Source: Candidatus Thorarchaeota archaeon (lineage in GTDB: Archaea; Asgardarchaeota; Thorarchaeia; Thorarchaeales; Thorarchaeaceae). Taken from it: 64,000 bases of DNA. A program made the position numbers and the translations under genes. Positions within the stretch are counted from its first letter, which is position 1, and every line of letters starts with the position of its first letter. Under the pieces are notes generated by a model that had not been told where the DNA came from, searched no databases, and worked only from the letters and a program-made list of their open reading frames with translations. Where the stretch lies: contig JBHLQH010000004.1 in assembly GCA_048884965.1 (NCBI GenBank), positions 64,001 to 128,000 on the forward strand, read 5' to 3'. This document shows positions 10,649-20,617 of this stretch, one piece after another.

Positions 10649-10755
10649 TGCCTCGCACCTCTCTATCGGTATGACTTTTCCATGAAAAACTCATAGTAAA
10701 AGTCTTTCCAATCGTGTAATGCACCAAATTCAATTGAGACCTCTTGTGTGGGGGT

Positions 10756-11121
10756 TCACACATACCCTTTGCTTCTCTTCTCAGATCTAAGCTTTTGTGC
10801 TTCAAACAGTGCATATCCAGTGCATGAGGTAAAAAAGAAGAATATGGCAAAGGTACCTAGAGCAAAGACCTCGGGAAGAAGAAATGGGAATAGTTGAAAG
10901 TGATCTACAAAGACGATGAAGGAATCTGGAAAGAACGCAATCAGAAAAAGATCAACAGCTAGAAAAACTGCAAATATCACAATGGCAAGGAAGAAATCCT
11001 TTGCTGTCGCACATCTGAAATTACAATAATGAATCTTGGAACCACTGAAAGCTGAGTTTGCCCCTGGCTTTCCACACCAAGCGCATATTCGGTCAATATG
11101 CTTAGTTTCAATATCGTTCAT
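10756..11121 (-). CDS. Membrane protein with N-terminal treble-clef (TRASH/MYM-like) zinc finger
   Basis: CAWC...YCNFRC followed by two hydrophobic helices. Confidence 0.6.
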   Translation of the reverse strand: MNDIETKHIDRICAWCGKPGANSAFSGSKIHYCNFRCATAKDFFLAIVIFAVFLAVDLFLIAFFPDSFIVFVDHFQLFPFLLPEVFALGTFAIFFFFTSCTGYALFEAQKLRSEKRSKGYV

Positions 11122-11174
11122 TACACTCCAACCACAAGACAGTACGTGCGAATAGAAAATCTACTAAAGTTAAA

Positions 11175-11837
11175 TCATTCGGGTTTTCGTGCAATTACTC
11201 TGACATACCCACGTAAATCATTTGGCTTGATCAAAAACCGCTCAGTTCCAAAATTATGCATTGTCCATCCATCAAGCTCCTCTCGAAGATCATTCTCTGT
11301 TATGAAACGGATAGGAGGGTCGGTTTCAAAGTGAGGGAGAATATTTCCTGAATATACAAAGAAACCTCCAGGCTTAATCGCACGAAGGATTTCCTGTAGT
11401 CGTGGAATTGCTCTATCGAAAAGATATTGGAGAGATTGCAGGATCACAATGACATCATATGTACCGACTCCCAAATCCCAGCCATCGATATCACCCAAGC
11501 GGACATACGCCTTGTCATCTAATCCTAGAAGCTTGATTCTCCTGTTTGCTACGCTTACTGCACTAGCAAGAGCTTCTATCCCTTCCACTATACATCCGTG
11601 CTTGCTCAGGTAACATACACCACTACCGTCCCCACAAGCAAGTTCCAATACCTTAACGTCAGAGAAATCGGTCCTTCCAGATACCATAAGTGCATGCAGC
11701 AGCATTTGGACCATGTAGGGAGAATCATATTCCTTCAACTCCTCATCGGATTGCCCAAGCATCTTTTTGTAGATGGTGTCCCATCCACTCATCCATTTCT
11801 CAGGAGCTGCAACTGGAATATTCTCGCTATTCGTCAT
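11175..11837 (-). CDS. Class I SAM-dependent methyltransferase
   Basis: VLELACGDG motif I, YDVIV motif and IKPGG motif. Confidence 0.88.
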   Translation of the reverse strand: MTNSENIPVAAPEKWMSGWDTIYKKMLGQSDEELKEYDSPYMVQMLLHALMVSGRTDFSDVKVLELACGDGSGVCYLSKHGCIVEGIEALASAVSVANRRIKLLGLDDKAYVRLGDIDGWDLGVGTYDVIVILQSLQYLFDRAIPRLQEILRAIKPGGFFVYSGNILPHFETDPPIRFITENDLREELDGWTMHNFGTERFLIKPNDLRGYVRVIARKPE

Positions 11838-11956
11838 TGCGTTCAGATGCGGCGTTATGATACTCTCTGATAAGCAATTTGCTCATAGCAACATTGAGCT
11901 ACTCAATTCATTATCTTTATCTCAGCCTATGCATCAGGAAATTTGGAGAGAGTATC

Positions 11957-12388
11957 TTGTCGGACAAGAGAGAAATGTTGGTCCAACTGATAATGGAACG
12001 TGATATCAGTTCAATTCAGATAATGGCATCGGATCTTTTGATTGATGAAGATACTATCCGAGATCTCCTGAAAGAGCTTGTTGAGGAGGGAAGACTTCAG
12101 GGATACATCACAGAAGATGGTCGAAGATTCTTCAGAAAGGATATTCCAATTCATCCCTCCAAGAAGCCAAAGCAGGAAGATGTACCCGAATTCATGAAAT
12201 ACAATTCAACACCAGGCATGTTCCTGGCAGTTATTGGCATAACCATGATGATCATGGCAGGAGTACTTCTAGCACTCTTTCCAAGAATCATATACTATGA
12301 AAATGTAGGAGTATCTCTTCTTCTCATTGGTGTGGTAGTAGCACTATCAGGTTGCTACTATATTGGAAGAAGAAAAACCCCGATGTAA
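11957..12388 (+). CDS. PCI-like winged-helix protein with two C-terminal TM helices
   Basis: ISSIQIMASDLLIDEDTIRDLLKELVEEGRLQGYITEDG matches the PCI-type wHTH pattern; two TM helices follow. Likely TTG start at 11957 after GGAGAG. Confidence 0.65.
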   Translation: MSDKREMLVQLIMERDISSIQIMASDLLIDEDTIRDLLKELVEEGRLQGYITEDGRRFFRKDIPIHPSKKPKQEDVPEFMKYNSTPGMFLAVIGITMMIMAGVLLALFPRIIYYENVGVSLLLIGVVVALSGCYYIGRRKTPM

Positions 12389-12461
12389 CTTCAAAATCTC
12401 ATTGTTCATAGGGAGCTGTTTAAGTAGGAGCTTTTGTGGAACCGGAGTAGGCGACTCCAAT

Positions 12462-13415
12462 ATGCAGGAAATTCTTGTTGATATTCTGTTGATTGCTGCG
12501 TTCGCAGTAGTTGTGGGAACCTTATCTTCTATGGTTGGGATCGGTGGCGGAATCATTAACACACCCCTTCTGATTATCATCTTCGGGTTGACAGCTCAGA
12601 CTGCACCAGCAACTGCTTTAGTTGCAGCATTGTTTGTTGCTATTGCAAGTACTGCAGCATACTATCGCCAGAATCCCAGACCTATTATGATTAAACCGGG
12701 TTTATTTCTTGCAATCACGACCGTGCCGGGATCGCTTGCAGGTGTCGCTCTTAGGGAGTTCATCCTTGATGATTACATATTACGTATCATATTTGGTATC
12801 GCTCTTTTCCCAGTTGCACTGAAGATGCTTTTCGCGAAAAAAAGAGGAAAAGCAGATGATATTACATCCTTCAATTTCTCGAGTATTTCAAGAAATAGAT
12901 TACTCCTTACCATAATAGGTGGATTTGTCGGAGGTGTTTCAGCTGGCCTTCTCGGAATTGGTGGTGGTGCCATCGTCGTACCCGTGCTTACTATGATGAT
13001 GGGTTTGCCAATTCATGCGGCTGTGGCAACATCAATGCTTACGATGATCTTCACCGCCTCAGCAGGTACAGCTCGTAATTTTGTAGGTGGTCATATAGAT
13101 CCATTCTATGCGCTTGCATTAGGCATTGGAATGGTCATTGGAGCCCAAATAGGACCAAAACTAGCATGTAGAGTCAATGCAGTCCAACTAAAGCAGGTCT
13201 TCGGATTGATTCTAGTATTCCCATTAGTGAAGATGATGTATCTTGGTCAGATGCTCCTGGATCCAAGCAACGAGAGTTTCCTGATGGCAACCATAGGGGA
13301 TGTCATCATTTGGCTAGCAATTATTGTACCTGTGGGTCTCTTAAGGTTGTATCAGATTCGAAAGAGTAGGGAGCCACATGTGATTGAACCATGTGACTTA
13401 CCCGCACCAGAATAA
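12462..13415 (+). CDS. TauE/SafE (sulfite exporter) family membrane protein
   Basis: Duplicated GIGGG motifs (MVGIGGGII, LLGIGGGAIVVP), AVATS, and about 9 TM helices. Confidence 0.88.
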   Translation: MQEILVDILLIAAFAVVVGTLSSMVGIGGGIINTPLLIIIFGLTAQTAPATALVAALFVAIASTAAYYRQNPRPIMIKPGLFLAITTVPGSLAGVALREFILDDYILRIIFGIALFPVALKMLFAKKRGKADDITSFNFSSISRNRLLLTIIGGFVGGVSAGLLGIGGGAIVVPVLTMMMGLPIHAAVATSMLTMIFTASAGTARNFVGGHIDPFYALALGIGMVIGAQIGPKLACRVNAVQLKQVFGLILVFPLVKMMYLGQMLLDPSNESFLMATIGDVIIWLAIIVPVGLLRLYQIRKSREPHVIEPCDLPAPE

Positions 13416-13459
13416 TCATCAAGCGGAATACTCAATGCATCTTTGGAGTTGCATAAGAA

Positions 13460-13909
13460 ATGATCATCAAAGGTGACCGAACTCATATCGAGTGGATAGT
13501 TAGACATAGAGTAGAGATGTTTCGTTCCATGGGATGGACTGAATCAGATCTCATTGTCACCCAAGCTGTCACCAAGAGATTCCTTCAGGATGCATGGGAT
13601 ACACAGAACCCAGAGGTGTTTTTGAAATCCATTGATAATACCATAATCGGTGGTGCAACCGTATCATACTATGGCGTTCTTCCAGATAATCGGAATCCAT
13701 CAGGAAAATGTGCATATGTTCTCAATATGTTCGTAGAGCCAGAGTATAGAGGTAGAGGATTCGCAACAGAAATAATCAGACACATCATTGGCTCTTGTAA
13801 AGAGAAAGGCATCAATAAGATTGCATTGCACGATACAGAAATGTCAAAGCGAATATACGAGAAGGAAGGATTCGCGCTGAGCAAGAATTACTATCAGCTG
13901 ATCATCTGA
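13460..13909 (+). CDS. GNAT family acetyltransferase
   Basis: NMFVEPEYRGRGFA acetyl-CoA motif and IYEKEGF. Confidence 0.88.
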   Translation: MIIKGDRTHIEWIVRHRVEMFRSMGWTESDLIVTQAVTKRFLQDAWDTQNPEVFLKSIDNTIIGGATVSYYGVLPDNRNPSGKCAYVLNMFVEPEYRGRGFATEIIRHIIGSCKEKGINKIALHDTEMSKRIYEKEGFALSKNYYQLII

Positions 13910-13993
13910 TCATCTGCAGATGAGCAATTTGACTCCTTACAAAAGCATATATCTCAAAATGCGATATTAATTATAGTTAAGGAGTCTATAGGA

Positions 13994-14455
13994 ATGACAG
14001 ATGAGAAGATGACCCTACATGAGTTCCATACCAAATTGGCGAAGGAAACTAATAATGGAATCTGGCCAACCCTGGATAAAGAGAAACCATCTCTCGAAGA
14101 ACTAGAAGACGCACTACATATGGCACACACTTCGACATTCCACTGGAGTAAAGTTGGAGAGCCCATCAATATCGCACGAGGCGAATACATGATCTCTCGA
14201 GTTAATAGTGCGATGGGACGAGGAGATTCCGCTTTAGCTCATGCGGAGAAGAGCCTGAGAATAGCACAATCAACAGAGCACAAGGATTGGGACATTGCAT
14301 TCGCATATGAGGCGATTACAAGAGCGTATGCCGCACTTGGTGATGAGTCAAAGTTCAAGGAATTCAAATCACTTGCACAGAAAACCATTGATTCGTTAGC
14401 CGAGGAACAGGACAAGCAAATATGTCAAGGCGAGCTTGACAAAGCTGGGTTTTGA
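13994..14455 (+). CDS. Conserved all-helical (TPR-like) hypothetical protein
   Basis: Clean ORF with AHTSTFHW...NIARGEYMISRV...AFAYEAITRAYA helical pattern. Confidence 0.65.
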   Translation: MTDEKMTLHEFHTKLAKETNNGIWPTLDKEKPSLEELEDALHMAHTSTFHWSKVGEPINIARGEYMISRVNSAMGRGDSALAHAEKSLRIAQSTEHKDWDIAFAYEAITRAYAALGDESKFKEFKSLAQKTIDSLAEEQDKQICQGELDKAGF

Positions 14456-14541
14456 TAGACCTAGGATCTTGGATTCAAGTGGACTTTTCCAATATTGCCT
14501 AATTGTGTGATTTGATATTGAAAGACTGATGCATTGTTCTC

Positions 14542-15453
14542 ATGCCCGATATTCCATATATCCAGACAAGCGTTTTCGTAGATAACCGATATGGGTTTGG
14601 TGGAAATCAATTAGCAACCTTTTGGAATGCTAAGAGTAATGAGAGTCTAAATCAAGAGATTATGCAAGGCATAGCACTTGAGATGAATTTCTCAGAGTCC
14701 ACATTTATTGAAAAACCAACGAAATCCGACTATATTGTAAAGGTACGAATCTTCACACCAGCTAGGGAATTAAGATTCGCGGGTCATCCCACGATTGGAA
14801 CAGCCTTTGTTCTGAAAGAGAGTGGGATCCTAAAGAGTTCATCTCGGCATGCAATCATGGAGCTTGGTATTGGTCCTATTCCTGTAGATTATTTGGATAA
14901 TGGAGCTATCCGAATGAAACAGAATGAGCCTGAGTTCCTTGAAATGTGGGGAGATAAGGTTTCTATCGCATCCGCTCTTGGTATTTCCTCAAACGCTATT
15001 GACACAAGATCTCCTATGCAATGGGTTTCAACTGGATTCCCATTCCTGATGGTTCCTATGAAGTCATTAGAGGCAGTAAAGAGTGCAAGTCCGAATAGTC
15101 CAGAGATTCTTTCTGCACTCGAGGGACAAATTAGTAAGCAGATTGTCCTCTTCAGTACGGAAACCGAGAACTCAGATTCCCACCTTCATGTCAGAATGTT
15201 TGGTCCAGAGGTGGGGGTTGTTGAGGATCCTGCTACGGGCAGTGCTGCAGGTCCTTTGGCGGCATATGTTGAGCAATACAATCTCTTGAATCGGGATTTG
15301 CCAGGGCAGGATATCATCATTGAACAGGGTTATGAAATTAGACGACCAAGCAGATTGACCGCAAGTATCATCGGAGAGAAAGACTTCACAGGTGTGTATG
15401 TTTCAGGTTTGACAAGGCTGGTCGCAAAAGGTACATTCTTCATTGAGGAATGA
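14542..15453 (+). CDS. PhzF family isomerase (DAP-epimerase fold)
   Basis: GGNQLA, EMNFSESTF, RIFTPARELRFAGHPTIG and EDPATGSAAG motifs. Confidence 0.92.
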   Translation: MPDIPYIQTSVFVDNRYGFGGNQLATFWNAKSNESLNQEIMQGIALEMNFSESTFIEKPTKSDYIVKVRIFTPARELRFAGHPTIGTAFVLKESGILKSSSRHAIMELGIGPIPVDYLDNGAIRMKQNEPEFLEMWGDKVSIASALGISSNAIDTRSPMQWVSTGFPFLMVPMKSLEAVKSASPNSPEILSALEGQISKQIVLFSTETENSDSHLHVRMFGPEVGVVEDPATGSAAGPLAAYVEQYNLLNRDLPGQDIIIEQGYEIRRPSRLTASIIGEKDFTGVYVSGLTRLVAKGTFFIEE

Positions 15454-15496
15454 TTCGGAGTTCAGTATTGAAACTTCAGACCTTGGATAGCCATTT

Positions 15497-16294
15497 ATGA
15501 TGAAAGGGAGATTGAAGTTACTGGAAATAATGAACTATACAGATAAGGTCACTAAATCCTTTCAGAGCTTGCTGAAGGAATTCAATGAACAAGGAGATAT
15601 TGGATACTGTGGATTCAAGAACGTCTACGAGAGCTTACTTCCAGAGCAGCAAAAAAAGCTTCAAAAAATAACGGAGGATCGATTTTCCTCGTACTATCAA
15701 AGCGGCTCATTCATCAGTATCGCTATTACTTTCAAAGACCCAATAATAGATCTGATTGATAGTCCTCAAAATGACGAACCCAACTATGAGACCTGGAACA
15801 AGTATGCGAGTGAGTATGATAGAATCAATCAAGTATTGAATAAAATCGCGAGAGCACTTGCGTTGCAATTCGAAGGTATTCCTCTAACAGCAACAATCGG
15901 AGGCGTTATTGAGAAAGTGAAGCATGTCAGCGACTACTTTCCAATGGTCATTTCCCATCGAGCGATAGCGGAACAAGCAGGTCTAGGATGGCGGGGAAAG
16001 AATCAATTGATAATCCATGAGAGATATAGTTGCGCAATTCGATTTGCATCAGTAATCGTCAATCTTCCATTAACTTATGGTTCAGTAGCTGCATCAAAGT
16101 GTGGAGAATGTACAGCATGTGAGGATGTTTGCAAATTCATAAAGAATAGAGATATGCTTGAAGACTACAGAGAGAACTGCAGAAGGTATATCCTCTTTCT
16201 CAAATCAAAGGGGATAGAGAAGGACATCTGTGGAAAGTGTATCAAGGCGTGCTATCGGAGCAGTATATTTCATAATCAGTTTTCTCTAGGTTGA
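15497..16294 (+). CDS. QueG/reductive-dehalogenase-superfamily Fe-S (probably cobalamin) protein
   Basis: SHRAIAEQAGLGWRGKNQLII, CGECTACEDVC, ENC and CGKCIKAC (8 Cys, enough for two 4Fe-4S clusters). Confidence 0.75.
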   Translation: MMKGRLKLLEIMNYTDKVTKSFQSLLKEFNEQGDIGYCGFKNVYESLLPEQQKKLQKITEDRFSSYYQSGSFISIAITFKDPIIDLIDSPQNDEPNYETWNKYASEYDRINQVLNKIARALALQFEGIPLTATIGGVIEKVKHVSDYFPMVISHRAIAEQAGLGWRGKNQLIIHERYSCAIRFASVIVNLPLTYGSVAASKCGECTACEDVCKFIKNRDMLEDYRENCRRYILFLKSKGIEKDICGKCIKACYRSSIFHNQFSLG

Positions 16295-16301
16295 GAGAGA
16301 A

Positions 16302-18482
16302 TCAAGTAGATCTTCTTACCTGACTCATAGGAATACTAATGCAAAAAATAGTTTGCTCACTATGTTCTAATGAGATTGTCCAGCCATGGGCTTCAACAAT
16401 CCGCCTTACAATATTGAGACCCAATCCTCCATGATCCTTTGTTGAGAACCCCTGTTGGAAGATCATATCATGAATCGATTCAGGAATTGGTGAGCCATCG
16501 TTCTTAAAGAGGATAGAAACACCAGCATCATCGGTGCGTGAAGTGATCTCTATTGTTTGAGCATTCCCATGCTCAACGGCATTGGTCAGAAGATTCTGAA
16601 TGACTTGCATTGTCTTCTCTCGATCGCATGAGATTTCAGGGAGATTGTCAATTCGTATGCTAACAGAGTCCGGTAGGTTTGCCACAGCGACTTCCTCTAT
16701 CAATCGCGAGAGATTGACTGGGGTTGGGGAACCAATCACCATTCCAGCATCTGCAAGAGAAACTGAACGGGTCAGTAGTGACTCCATTTGAAGGGCAATC
16801 TGGATTATATCATCAGCATATTGCATTTTTTCCGTTTCTTTCATTAGCCCAGCAAATCCAACAATTGACTGGATATTTGATCGCAAGTCATGAGCCATTG
16901 AATGAGCGTATTTACTCAATTCTTCCCGCTCCTTCATAATTGCCTCTTCATTTCTCTTTCGATCGCTAATATCTCGAATATGTGATTGAAGTCCTTCTAC
17001 GATTTCTCCTTCTAGCACCAGAGTGCTGTTTAGATGAAAGTAAAATCTAGAACCATCTTTACGCTTTCCAATACCTTCGAAACCGATAGGATCAGCCCGT
17101 TTCTCCAGTATGCTCTTCATGAATACATCTTTAGCACCTTCGATGGATTCAGAGTCAAGGTAATTCGTGAAATGTGTTCCAATCACCTCATCACGTTCAT
17201 ATCCAAACATCTGCAGGAGTCTATCATTGCAGAAAACCACACGACCAGCTGGATCAAGATTGACAACACCATCGGAGATATTCTCGTATAGTCGACGATA
17301 TCGTTCCTCGGATTGTTTCAACGCAGATTCAGTAGAGATTCTATGACTGATATCTCGAGTGATCCCCACGATTCCTCGAGGTTTCCCGTGTGAGTCGAAT
17401 ATTGGAGATGCGGTTGTTTCTACCCAGATCGTACCTTTCTGAGAGTGAAACATCTCAAGTTCTATTGAAATCGGATACTCTGGAATTATACCATCTCGAA
17501 GCTCTTGAATATGAGGTCCAAGGGTTTGAATCATTCTCTCAAGAGACTCAGGAGTGATTATCTCCGCCCAAGTTTGGGAGAGAGACTCCTCTTTTGAAAG
17601 ACCTCGTAGATTTGATACAGAAGGACTCAGATATGTTCTATTCAAATCAAGATCAAGTGTAAATATCACATCAGACGAATTTTCGGCAATAAGACGAAAG
17701 TGCTCCTCACTCTCCGCCAACGCCTCCTGCACTGTTAGTTGGGAAGAAATATCACTGAATAATCCTAGGACATATGTCTTGCCACCAATTGTGATTGCAT
17801 TAGATGTGATATTTGCGATAAGTACACTACCGTCCTTTCTAAGTACAGGTATCTTTTCTGCTACTTTCTTCAATCCTGCCGCTTGAAATTCGAACTCATC
17901 GACAACATGAGCGAGATCCTCAGTAGGATGTATCTTATCAACAGAAAGATCAGCTAGATCCGCGGGGGAATATCCAGTCATCTCATAGAAAGCTCGATTC
18001 GCAGCATATCCTTTTCGTGATTCGCGATCCACAATGAAGATGCCTTCAAGGGCATGATCAAAAACCACCTGATGCCGTTCTATAGTTTCACGCATTATCA
18101 CGAGACTTCTGATTATATGAACGAGCTCTTGGTATTGTGACTTAGGATCCCCACCTTTCTCAACATAATATGCAGCTCCAAGATTCAATGCTTTAATTGC
18201 GATTTCCTCTCTACTTCTACCTGTGAATATTATGAAAGGAATATCTGAATGGTTTTCTCGCACCTTTTCAAGGAATTCTAAACCATCCATGAATGGCATC
18301 TGATAGTCCGAAACAATTACGCTGAAGTATCTGGAATCAAGTTCACCTAATCCCTTCTCAGCACTATCGACAGCTACAATCTCAAACTCAGGATCTAGTT
18401 GTTCGATATATTGCTTGACGACCTTTAGCATATTCTCATTATCATCGACAAACAATACTCTAATTGCCATTCGTGCCACCAT
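16302..18482 (-). CDS. Hybrid sensor: receiver domain, 3 PAS domains, histidine kinase
   Basis: VLFVDD, VSDYQMP and YVEKG receiver motifs; three PAS/PAC units; MAHDLRS, NLLTNAVEH and GLGL. Confidence 0.9.
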   Translation of the reverse strand: MVARMAIRVLFVDDNENMLKVVKQYIEQLDPEFEIVAVDSAEKGLGELDSRYFSVIVSDYQMPFMDGLEFLEKVRENHSDIPFIIFTGRSREEIAIKALNLGAAYYVEKGGDPKSQYQELVHIIRSLVIMRETIERHQVVFDHALEGIFIVDRESRKGYAANRAFYEMTGYSPADLADLSVDKIHPTEDLAHVVDEFEFQAAGLKKVAEKIPVLRKDGSVLIANITSNAITIGGKTYVLGLFSDISSQLTVQEALAESEEHFRLIAENSSDVIFTLDLDLNRTYLSPSVSNLRGLSKEESLSQTWAEIITPESLERMIQTLGPHIQELRDGIIPEYPISIELEMFHSQKGTIWVETTASPIFDSHGKPRGIVGITRDISHRISTESALKQSEERYRRLYENISDGVVNLDPAGRVVFCNDRLLQMFGYERDEVIGTHFTNYLDSESIEGAKDVFMKSILEKRADPIGFEGIGKRKDGSRFYFHLNSTLVLEGEIVEGLQSHIRDISDRKRNEEAIMKEREELSKYAHSMAHDLRSNIQSIVGFAGLMKETEKMQYADDIIQIALQMESLLTRSVSLADAGMVIGSPTPVNLSRLIEEVAVANLPDSVSIRIDNLPEISCDREKTMQVIQNLLTNAVEHGNAQTIEITSRTDDAGVSILFKNDGSPIPESIHDMIFQQGFSTKDHGGLGLNIVRRIVEAHGWTISLEHSEQTIFCISIPMSQVRRST

Positions 18483-18682
18483 GTTGTTCTTAGTTTTTCA
18501 GCTACAGACTTGGATTTCGTCTATTCCCTCTACTTTTTCTCAGGTTATATTGTTATTTACTATTATCATATAATAATACTTATAACACACGCGGTTTGAA
18601 CAACGAATGAAGGCAGGACATATCTTTGCACTTCTTAAATATACCAAATACTCGTTCACAATAAGGAAAGCGGTGACAGACT

Positions 18683-19039
18683 ATGTTGAAAGGAGTCTTC
18701 TTACTTAATCAAGCTGGAGAAACCATAATTTCTCTTGGAAATGGAATGCCTGATGGCGACTCATCTATGCTTGGTGGTCTTGTAGGGGCGGTTCAGATGT
18801 TCGTACACAAGATGTCCTATGAAGATGTTAGATCCATATCTCTTGATGATCTGATGATGTACATGAGGAAAGTTGGAGATAATCATCTTGTTACACTGCA
18901 CGATGAAAATGATGCTCTAGCAGAGATACAGAGTCATCGTATTTTTAAATTCGTCAGTGAGAATCCAGCAATAGGTAGTAGTGAAGGGTTCGTAAAACTA
19001 GTCACTACAATGCTAGATAGTGAAGAAGAATCCTTTTGA
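18683..19039 (+). CDS. Longin-like domain protein
   Basis: 118 aa beta-beta-alpha-beta-beta-beta-alpha pattern (GVFLLNQAGETII...MLGGLVGAVQMF...VRSISL), as seen in Asgard longin-like proteins. Confidence 0.65.
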   Translation: MLKGVFLLNQAGETIISLGNGMPDGDSSMLGGLVGAVQMFVHKMSYEDVRSISLDDLMMYMRKVGDNHLVTLHDENDALAEIQSHRIFKFVSENPAIGSSEGFVKLVTTMLDSEEESF

Positions 19040-19049
19040 AAAACAATAG

Positions 19050-19072
19050 GAGTGGAGAGAAATCCTCCACTC
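19050..19072. terminator. Hairpin between convergent genes
   Basis: GAGTGGAG-agaaatc-CTCCACTC, a perfect 8-bp stem. Confidence 0.55.
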
Positions 19073-19088
19073 ATATCAATGATATTCA

Positions 19089-20510
19089 CTAGTTATCGGA
19101 TGTACCGGTAATATCGAGAGCTTGTGAATCAGATGGCGTCGCACCTGCAAACTGCTTCAGTTCTTCGAAATCAGGATCTATGTTTGTTTTTCGCAGAATC
19201 AATGCTGCAATTATGAGGAATGGAGCAAAGAATGGTCCCCACCAGAGGTAACCGAATTCAGTAGTGCCAGTTGTGATCTCAGATAGATCCATGAACCATC
19301 CAAGTAGTACAGCTGAAACAGCTTGGAACATATTCAATGGCACTCCCTTGAATCCTTCATATATTCCAGCTCGACTTTGCCCCGTTTGAAGTTCATCCAC
19401 ATGGGCGATATCGGCAGGAACAATGTAGCTCATTAGATAATACACAGCCATAGTTGCGGCGAGAGGTATAAAGTACAAAGTTGCCACTATGACATTCGAT
19501 AGTGGTCCAATAAGCGCTCCAAGGAATGGGGTCAAACACAGAAGGATTGCCAGAACAAAGAGGGAAAGATACATCGATTTGCCTTTGCCCACCTTTGCGA
19601 CAAGCTTAATCCAGATGTACAAGAAGATCATGATCGAAGCTAAGAGTGCCAGTGCTGGTGGCAATAGGGTTTCCAAAGATGTCAATAGCAATATTTCTTG
19701 AGCATATCCGACAATCTGTGATGTGATTGCCGAGAAACTGAATGACAGGAATCCTACCACGAAGAACCATTTGACATATACATCATTCCGTAACACGGTT
19801 TTTGTTTCTTCCCGAATACTTCGCTGTGGAATCACAATCCCTTCCTTCTCTCGGATCAAGAAGATGGATGGTAGGTAGAATAGAACCGTTATCAGAGCAA
19901 AGATGAGCACTATCATTAATCCCAATGAGGAAAGACCCGGAGTAGCTCCGATGAAAAGCACAGGTGTGATAAAACCAATTACAACTCCCAATCCATTGGC
20001 GATCCAATTTGCAGTGTTCTGCATACTCGATACCAAAGGACGTTCATCTTCTGTTGTAATTTCTGGCATCCATGCTTGAAATGCAGTAAGCAAGAAGGCA
20101 TAGAAGAACTTGAACGCGCAAATACAGAGTAGGTAATAGCCAAAAATAATCCATCCCAATCCAACATTCCCAGCCGGATCCGCTGCATAGGTTGCCGTAT
20201 CAAGAAACCAGTTAGGTACAAACACCAAGAAGCCCGTGATTGCTAGACCTGGAGCTCCAATCATCACAAAGGGTTTTCTGCGCCCCCACCTTGTGTCAAC
20301 ACTATCGCTGTAGTATCCAGTGAGCCAATGAGTGAGTCCGATGATAACATAGGACACACCTAGCGCAATCCCATTCAAGAACCAATTCAACTCAAATACC
20401 GTGCCATATATCCAGAAGGCGGTCAGACCAACTAGAGAAAGCAGAAAAGAAGAGCCGAATCGGCCCATGCCATAGGCGATTTTCTTGTAAAAAGGAAGCA
20501 TGTTTTCCAC
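19089..20510 (-). CDS. MFS transporter, glycoside-pentoside-hexuronide (MelB-like) family
   Basis: KKIAYGMG, GYYSDSVDTRWGRRKPF, PEITTEDER and DIAHVDELQTGQSRAGIYEG; about 12 TM helices. Confidence 0.88.
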   Translation of the reverse strand: MENMLPFYKKIAYGMGRFGSSFLLSLVGLTAFWIYGTVFELNWFLNGIALGVSYVIIGLTHWLTGYYSDSVDTRWGRRKPFVMIGAPGLAITGFLVFVPNWFLDTATYAADPAGNVGLGWIIFGYYLLCICAFKFFYAFLLTAFQAWMPEITTEDERPLVSSMQNTANWIANGLGVVIGFITPVLFIGATPGLSSLGLMIVLIFALITVLFYLPSIFLIREKEGIVIPQRSIREETKTVLRNDVYVKWFFVVGFLSFSFSAITSQIVGYAQEILLLTSLETLLPPALALLASIMIFLYIWIKLVAKVGKGKSMYLSLFVLAILLCLTPFLGALIGPLSNVIVATLYFIPLAATMAVYYLMSYIVPADIAHVDELQTGQSRAGIYEGFKGVPLNMFQAVSAVLLGWFMDLSEITTGTTEFGYLWWGPFFAPFLIIAALILRKTNIDPDFEELKQFAGATPSDSQALDITGTSDN

Positions 20511-20567
20511 CTCATGCGAGAAAAGCTACCTGAATCGAATATGCAATCTACGATTTAAATATGCGGA

Positions 20568-20596
20568 GGGATGATGGGTTCATATCCCACCACCCC
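20568..20596 (-). terminator. G/U-rich hairpin downstream of copA
   Basis: Minus-strand RNA GGGUGGUGGG-auaugaa-CCCAUCAUCCC, pairing with G-U wobbles. Confidence 0.4.
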
Positions 20597-20617
20597 ATTT
20601 TTTAAAGTGCAAAACGA

